NCBI GenBank assembly: GCA_963804385.1
Contig: CAWDQD010000009.1
Span: 8,890 to 72,889, forward strand
DNA: 64,000 nt
From: an uncultured Candidatus Micrarchaeota archaeon
GTDB taxonomy: Archaea; Micrarchaeota; Micrarchaeia; Anstonellales; Bilamarchaeaceae
Direction: 5' to 3'
Under the pieces are notes generated by a model. That model saw only the letters and a program-made list of their open reading frames with translations. It searched no databases and was not told the DNA's origin. This document shows, piece after piece, positions 58,286 to 64,000 of this stretch (position 1 is the stretch's first letter; every line of letters begins with the position of its first letter). The translations under genes and the position numbers were made by a program.

Positions 58286-59485
58286 ATGCAAGCGTTAGCG
58301 GATAGGATTCCTACAAGGCCCAGCATTTACGGAAAACCACCCCAACCGCTGATAGATCGCTATCCGAAAGCGTACAAGATTCGAGCGCCTTACAATTTTA
58401 AGATGTACAGCGCCCAAACCACGGAATTCGCCGAATTTTTCAGGGAACTGGTGAAAGACGCGAAGCAGCCATTGGATCCTGCAGAGCTTCGCAGGCTCAT
58501 GGCAATAGGCCTTATCAGCAAACCTCCGAACGACATCGCCATAGAAGCTGCAGGCAGGGAAATCGTGATACGCGGGCTCCACAAGTATCTGGCTGGCTGC
58601 ATATTTCTCCGAAGCGTATATCTCCACTATAATGGTGATTCGGAAAAAGCGAACGACTTCAGTTTGAATGCGATAGGGAATATCGAAAAGTGGAAATATT
58701 GGCCATTCGAATTAGACCTCACCAACATGGAACGTTCGATATCCGCTTTTCATGCTTTGGCACATTTCATACCCGGGTCCAATCCAAGAGAAATCGGGGG
58801 GATGCTTGCTGCTTTTTATGCTGTGGAAGGGCAGCAGACCGAAATTCAAAGCGACGTGAATATCAATCCGGCCGTTTTAGACGCATTGGCAATATATATA
58901 CGTCAAAGAAAGAAGGACGACCTTCTCTGGTCTATATTTCCCTATGCTTTTGACAACAGTTATGCCGTATTAGGGAATACGCTTTCAGATAGCCACATCG
59001 GAACTTGCGATATAGAGACAAAATTCACAAGCGATCATATTGCAGTATTGCTCCAGCATCCCTGCGAAGCGGACCATCTGGAGAAGGCCAAATTGATGCT
59101 GGACCGAGGCGTGCGGGTCGAACGGCCTTTGGGGCGATTGCTCATAGACGAAATGCAATTCTCTTTGTTCCAATGGGTTCCTGGCCAGAAGTTGGATCAT
59201 ATGTACGGCGCGGCAGATGTCTGGGAAGCGTACGGGAGATTCGTAAGATCGTGCCACAATAATGGTATCGCTCTCGATGACGCTGCAGGGAGGAACGCCA
59301 TCTGGAATGGAAGAGAAATAACCGGAATCGATTTCGAGCACACCTGGTTTTCAGAAGAGGCAAAGCCTCTGGAATGGGCCGACCGCAGGAAAGGGATAGA
59401 GCGGATCAGAACGGAGCTTGGTTACGATTTTAAACCGGTATATGCGGCATTCAGAAAGGGATATGACGCTTCAGAGCATCTCTAA
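58286..59485 (+). CDS. Hypothetical protein with C-terminal atypical kinase-like (Kdo/Bud32-like) domain
   Basis: GVRVERPLG, FQWVPG, CHNNGIALDDAAGRNAI, GIDFEH. Confidence 0.7.
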   Translation: MQALADRIPTRPSIYGKPPQPLIDRYPKAYKIRAPYNFKMYSAQTTEFAEFFRELVKDAKQPLDPAELRRLMAIGLISKPPNDIAIEAAGREIVIRGLHKYLAGCIFLRSVYLHYNGDSEKANDFSLNAIGNIEKWKYWPFELDLTNMERSISAFHALAHFIPGSNPREIGGMLAAFYAVEGQQTEIQSDVNINPAVLDALAIYIRQRKKDDLLWSIFPYAFDNSYAVLGNTLSDSHIGTCDIETKFTSDHIAVLLQHPCEADHLEKAKLMLDRGVRVERPLGRLLIDEMQFSLFQWVPGQKLDHMYGAADVWEAYGRFVRSCHNNGIALDDAAGRNAIWNGREITGIDFEHTWFSEEAKPLEWADRRKGIERIRTELGYDFKPVYAAFRKGYDASEHL

Positions 59486-59851
59486 TACTGGTTCCGCGTT
59501 CATGGTCAACTTCATGTATTTAGCCTCATGCGGCATCACCCATCTGAATTCTGTGTGCTCTCCGGAGAGCACCACATCATTGCCGCGGGATTCGCCTTTG
59601 TACACGATATAGACTGAATGCTTCTCGTCCAGCTCTTTCTCATAAGTAGCCGATGTTATCATGAAAAAGGACAGGTTCTGCGCGCTCAGGCCCGTTTCCT
59701 CGCGCGTCTCCCTGAGTGCGGTATCCTGGGGGTTCTCGCCCCATTCCACCCCGCCTCCGGGGAACTCCCATAGTTCGCTCTTGCGCTTCAGGAGGAGCAC
59801 CCTGCCCTCGTTGAAAAGGACAAGATACGCGTTGAGTTCCTGGACCTTCAA
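59471..59851 (-). CDS. Nudix hydrolase
   Basis: Nudix box GGGVEWGENPQDTALRETREETGL. Confidence 0.93.
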   Translation of the reverse strand: MKVQELNAYLVLFNEGRVLLLKRKSELWEFPGGGVEWGENPQDTALRETREETGLSAQNLSFFMITSATYEKELDEKHSVYIVYKGESRGNDVVLSGEHTEFRWVMPHEAKYMKLTMNAEPVLEML

Positions 59852-59855
59852 AAAC

Positions 59856-60524
59856 TCACTTCTTCTTCTCGAACAGTTCCGCGATGCCTTTCTCGTCTAT
59901 GAATTCCATCATCTTGTTGCAGCGCTCGCAGCGGAATTCGCACCCTGCGGCCGATTCGAAATTGGTGATGCTCTCGGTGCCGCATGAGGGGCAGAAATAG
60001 AACTCCGAGCCTGCATCTGCTCCTAGGTGGCTCATCTTCGAATTATGGCTGGTCACCCACCTTTCCATCCTCTCGTGGTTGAGAGACCAGCTATACGAAT
60101 ACCATCCGGTTTCGCTATCCTTTTCACGGATGTAGTTCACAAGCCCTTCATTATGGAGCTTATTGAGGGTGGCGCGAACATCGCTTATCTTGATTTTGAG
60201 CCTTTTCGCCAGATCCTCGTCGCTCAGGTTGCCTGAGAAATTGCGTACGATGGCGAGCGCGTTCTCGCCGCCAATCCCTATGAGATCCTGCCTGATCCTG
60301 CAGTCGCTGAGTATCGTGATGACCCTCCTCATGAGGGCCTGCTCCTCTACTCCGCTCATGCGCACCGGTTTTGGCGCTTCCGGAGGGGAAATCGCCTTCT
60401 TGGCGATTTTCAGCTTCTTCGTCGGAGCCTTCTTAGGCGTCGCCTTAGCCTTCTTAGGCATTGCCTTCTTTAGTGCCGCCGTTTTCTTCGGAATAGGAGT
60501 TTTCTTAGATTTCTTGACTACCAA
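59856..60524 (-). CDS. tfe: Transcription factor E with Lys/Ala/Pro-rich N-terminal extension
   Basis: SDEDLA...VRATLNKL, KDSETGWYSYSW, CPSC...CERC; probable TTG start 60524 after GGTGA. Confidence 0.92.
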   Translation of the reverse strand: MVVKKSKKTPIPKKTAALKKAMPKKAKATPKKAPTKKLKIAKKAISPPEAPKPVRMSGVEEQALMRRVITILSDCRIRQDLIGIGGENALAIVRNFSGNLSDEDLAKRLKIKISDVRATLNKLHNEGLVNYIREKDSETGWYSYSWSLNHERMERWVTSHNSKMSHLGADAGSEFYFCPSCGTESITNFESAAGCEFRCERCNKMMEFIDEKGIAELFEKKK

Positions 60525-60621
60525 AGTATCACCAGTACACACCGTGCAACATATATTTACGCATTTTTCATATATAAAGCTATTGTTTTACGCTTTCTGG
60601 TGTGTTGTGGGCCCTTATTGT

Positions 60622-61797
60622 CTATCCGGGCACCTTCCTCCCCAAGATGCGGTTGTACGTCTTAATCATCATGTCTACACTGGCTTGTATGGTGTATTTC
60701 TTGGAGGTCCTGCAGCCCGCATCGCCCATCCGTTCCCGAAGCTTCTTATCAGAGAGGAGCTTGTCGATTGCCCCTGCCAACTCGCCGGGGTTGCTCGGTT
60801 CAACCAAAAACCCCGTCTTTCCGTCCTGGATGACCTCTTTCGGGCCCAGCTTCCGCACTCCGACAACCGGGCAGCCCATGTGCATGGCCTCCACGAATGT
60901 CATGCCGAACGTCTCCGTGTCTGAAGCGGATGCGAAGACATCGGCGCATGCGTACGCCGCCCCCAGTTGCTTATCAGCCACGAATCCCGTGAAGATGACA
61001 TTCTCGAGCCCCATTGTGGCCGCAAGGCTCTTGAAATTCCGGATATACGGCCCGCCACCGGCAATCACCAGGATCGTATCATTCCGTTCCATCATTCCGA
61101 ATGCTTCCAGGAGGACATCGAGCCGCTTCTCGAAGCTTATCCGTCCTAGATAAAGGACGATTTTCTTGCCTTTGGGGATGTTGTGGGCTTTTTTGAAAGC
61201 CGAGACGTCTTTCGGAGAGCATGCGAGCTTCCGCATATCTATCCCGTTGGGAACGTATTCGACATTGCGCAGGCCATATGACCGCAGCTCTTCCACCAAC
61301 TCCATCGTGGGTGCGGTCACGGCATCAGCGTTCCGGAACATGTACTTCACGAACTTCTTGGCCGTGTATTCGCTCAACCTCCTCAGGGGCTTGGGGAGTT
61401 TCCCATTCAGTAAGTGGGGGACATAATCCGGGAAATGCGTATGGTAGGTGATGATAGTGGGTATATGCTTGCGTCCCGCAGAGATCACTCCCTGGAGCCC
61501 GAGGTTTATAGGTGCGTGTGCATGTACGATGTCCGGTTTTTCCTCTCTAAGGATGGCGCTGACGCGGCCATAATCCATGGATGCTATGCGATAGCCTTCG
61601 TAGAACGGGAATGGTACGGATGGCATCCAATGTATCTTGAAGTTGCCATTCACCTGTTCCGTCCGCATCGGTCCCTGCCCTGGGGCGAATAGCACGATCT
61701 CATGGTTTTCGGACAGGACGCCTATCGCATCATGGATGTAGGCGACCACGCCGTTGGTCTGCGGCAGGTAGGTATCCGTGAATATCGCTATCTTCAT
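60622..61797 (-). CDS. GT4 family glycosyltransferase
   Basis: FTDTYLPQTNGV, TYHT, LGRISFEK, ETFGMTFVEAM. Confidence 0.93.
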   Translation of the reverse strand: MKIAIFTDTYLPQTNGVVAYIHDAIGVLSENHEIVLFAPGQGPMRTEQVNGNFKIHWMPSVPFPFYEGYRIASMDYGRVSAILREEKPDIVHAHAPINLGLQGVISAGRKHIPTIITYHTHFPDYVPHLLNGKLPKPLRRLSEYTAKKFVKYMFRNADAVTAPTMELVEELRSYGLRNVEYVPNGIDMRKLACSPKDVSAFKKAHNIPKGKKIVLYLGRISFEKRLDVLLEAFGMMERNDTILVIAGGGPYIRNFKSLAATMGLENVIFTGFVADKQLGAAYACADVFASASDTETFGMTFVEAMHMGCPVVGVRKLGPKEVIQDGKTGFLVEPSNPGELAGAIDKLLSDKKLRERMGDAGCRTSKKYTIQASVDMMIKTYNRILGRKVPG

Positions 61798-61833
61798 GGC
61801 AAATCAAGCGTGAAAGAAGAATAAAAAGATATG

Positions 61834-63117
61834 TTATCCCGTGCCGTTGCTGGGTGCAGTGCTGGTGGTCGTGTTGTCGATGTAGTTCATGAACGCGTTG
61901 GCCTGTGCTTCTGTCGCGTTGTCTACGTGCGTCGAATTGCCCGTCTGATTCTGAGGCATCGATGGCAGCGTAGTTGTCACATTGGTTTGTGTCTGATTGA
62001 TCTGCGGTATCGGCATGGCAGCCTGTTCGCAGAGCTGGACTTTGCTGGAGTTCATAATCTCGGAGCAGTACGTATCGTTCTTATTCGCTCCCGCGAGTTC
62101 TATGAAGCAATCGTCCTTGTACGAAGCATCAGTCACATCATCGCATATGGAGCTGTTTTTCAGCAAAGGCACCAGTGACACCAAGCATTGGTCCTTTCTT
62201 GCCCCGGCTATCATGCAGATGTCCGAGCGTTCCTGCTCCATCGCCTCGGTGGCGATGCATTTGTCCCGTTCATCACCGGTTTTTTCCGTGACGCATGATA
62301 CGAGGTATGACTGCTCATTCCTTTCATTCATCAGGACTGCCACTGCATCGCCGCTCATGTTCTGCGGAGGGGTTATCGTGACCTGTGCATTCGGGATCAG
62401 AGAGATGAGTTGGAACTCCGAGGTATAATTGATTCCATTGTAAGTGTAGTTGAATGACCTGTCATAGAGGTAGCCCGTCTGATTGTCTACGCACATGCTC
62501 CAGTAGAATATCTTCGGGGTCGTGGCTCCGACTCCGAATCTGGCCGCATCATCTAGGCTCATATTGGTCATGTTCAGGACGTACCGTATGGCGTCGCAAC
62601 CATGGCCGTTGATGCTCTCTTTGGTGACGGTCGGATCGAGCATTATGTATCCCCTATCCAGCAAGTATGTCGTATCAACATCGTTGGCATCTATGATTGT
62701 GTCATTGAAATAGTTGATGCTTATCGAATCGAGATAATTCTCCACGTCCGCATTCCCAGAGATATAAGAGCACCCCTGCTCATCGCCGTATGTGATGCAC
62801 AGTATCGTGCCGTTCTCCAAATAGTATATCTCCTTCGTGGATATGGGGTTCTGCACGATGGCTTCCCTTTCGGCGCCTTGATCCAAGAGCGTATAAGTGG
62901 TGTTATACCCGTTTGATATATCGCTGAACGAGTAGGAATACGTTTTCTGGCCTTTTCCGAAAAGCACCGCTTTATGGAGTATCGATTCGGCCGCGGTCAT
63001 ATTCGGAGGCTTTGCAGGGGCTGTCGGGGCCGCCGGCATCGTGGTGAACACGATATATAACGCGAAAACCACAAGCACTACTATAACTGCCAGGAGTATC
63101 TTCTGCTGGTATTCCAT
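61834..63117 (-). CDS. Membrane-anchored secreted protein with C-terminal Cys repeats
   Basis: N-terminal TM; D-x-C...A....D/N...C repeats; many sequons; Thr-rich tail. Confidence 0.82.
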   Translation of the reverse strand: MEYQQKILLAVIVVLVVFALYIVFTTMPAAPTAPAKPPNMTAAESILHKAVLFGKGQKTYSYSFSDISNGYNTTYTLLDQGAEREAIVQNPISTKEIYYLENGTILCITYGDEQGCSYISGNADVENYLDSISINYFNDTIIDANDVDTTYLLDRGYIMLDPTVTKESINGHGCDAIRYVLNMTNMSLDDAARFGVGATTPKIFYWSMCVDNQTGYLYDRSFNYTYNGINYTSEFQLISLIPNAQVTITPPQNMSGDAVAVLMNERNEQSYLVSCVTEKTGDERDKCIATEAMEQERSDICMIAGARKDQCLVSLVPLLKNSSICDDVTDASYKDDCFIELAGANKNDTYCSEIMNSSKVQLCEQAAMPIPQINQTQTNVTTTLPSMPQNQTGNSTHVDNATEAQANAFMNYIDNTTTSTAPSNGTG

Positions 63118-63236
63118 ATTCTCATCCTCTAGTCCGGCATCTGTGCCAACAGAGTGCCAAAGAACTATCGTAACCCTTTGTAACCATCCTTCTTAAATCT
63201 TTTTCTGCATCTCAATATATTATCAACGGTGACTTC

Positions 63237-63674
63237 ATGGGAATGCTAGATTCTATACTTGGAAAACAGGAAATGAAATCAGAGCCTTCGGTAGCATCAG
63301 GGAAATCAACCAATCCGTTCGCGGTTAGCCTCTCGTTCGCTCCGTTGCGCTTGGCTGCCAACAAGGCGAGTTCCATCAGTCTCGTCGTGAAAGTGAAGAA
63401 CATCTCATCAGACCCGCAGATCGTCTCTGTCGACGCCCTGCTGCCAAAAGACGTCATGATCGGTTTCGATCCGGCATGCATAAACAAAGCCGTCGAGAAA
63501 CGCGTGGGCGAGCTCAAGTCCGGAGAGACCAAAGACATCCAGATACTCGTGTGGTCCAACAACCAGACCAAAGAAGGCACATACCCCGTCGATGTCACTG
63601 TCTTCTCCCATTACATCGGGTACGACAAGGTCATGAGCTACATCAAGAAGAATACGACTCTGAGAGCGGCCTAA
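63237..63674 (+). CDS. Hypothetical Ig-like/beta-sandwich protein
   Basis: GGTGA RBS; VKVKN, LKSGETK, GTYPVDVTV pattern. Confidence 0.7.
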   Translation: MGMLDSILGKQEMKSEPSVASGKSTNPFAVSLSFAPLRLAANKASSISLVVKVKNISSDPQIVSVDALLPKDVMIGFDPACINKAVEKRVGELKSGETKDIQILVWSNNQTKEGTYPVDVTVFSHYIGYDKVMSYIKKNTTLRAA

Positions 63675-63932
63675 TCATTGGAGCTTGTTCATCAGCTCGT
63701 ATATTATGTTAGCGACCGCGAGCCCTTTCTCAGTGAGTTTCACTATCCTTTTCTTGCCTTTGCTCTCTATGGTCGCGAGCCCGCCTTTCTGCAGTTCAGA
63801 GACCAGATGCGTCACATAGACGTACGAAGTATCGCTGCTTTTCGCTAGCTTTGAGAGATGCCAGGCGCCTTCGGTATCTCGTAAAAGGGTCATTATGCGA
63901 CAGGGTTTGGGTCTCGCGAACAGCTGGAACAT
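63675..63932 (-). CDS. Winged-helix (MarR-like) DNA-binding protein
   Basis: LSKLAK...YVTHLVSELQKGGL...KGKKRIVKLTEKG. Confidence 0.85.
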   Translation of the reverse strand: MFQLFARPKPCRIMTLLRDTEGAWHLSKLAKSSDTSYVYVTHLVSELQKGGLATIESKGKKRIVKLTEKGLAVANIIYELMNKLQ

Positions 63933-64000
63933 GCGCGCTATTTACCGGCGCTACTTTTAAATGCCTTAAGTTTGGGAAATCCAATGGCTTTAGCCATAGG

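Overview
Gene-dense window from an archaeal chromosome. Evidence: TFB, TFE, thermosome, Rpo7/Spt4, SRP54, ATP-dependent ligase, archaeal secF-secD, Sec61beta and two intron-containing tRNAs. Compactness and gene content suggest a DPANN (Micrarchaeota-like) lineage, which is inference only. Housekeeping genes are interspersed with unusual material. (1) A bacterial, myxobacterial-style Hanks Ser/Thr kinase with TM and PEGA-like domain lies about 4 kb from a 9.4-kb orphan cluster (19.2-28.6 kb). The cluster encodes a 1138-aa PP2C-fusion phosphatase, proteins with repeated D-x-T motifs, and two paralogous Cys-rich membrane proteins sharing a C-terminal domain. (2) A tight five-gene membrane operon is built around a VirB4/HerA-like ATPase (51.9-58.2 kb), with no relaxase or integrase in the window, and is flanked on both sides by divergent kinase-like orphans. 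(3) There is a stand-alone VirB11/TadA-like ATPase and several disulfide-rich surface proteins. Non-coding signals: a 35-nt hairpin element repeated at the stop codons of two proteostasis genes, a MITE-like insertion beside a structured RNA candidate, and a shared promoter-proximal motif. No CRISPR array, rRNA or transposase was seen. All family calls come from motif reading by eye; no database searches were run.
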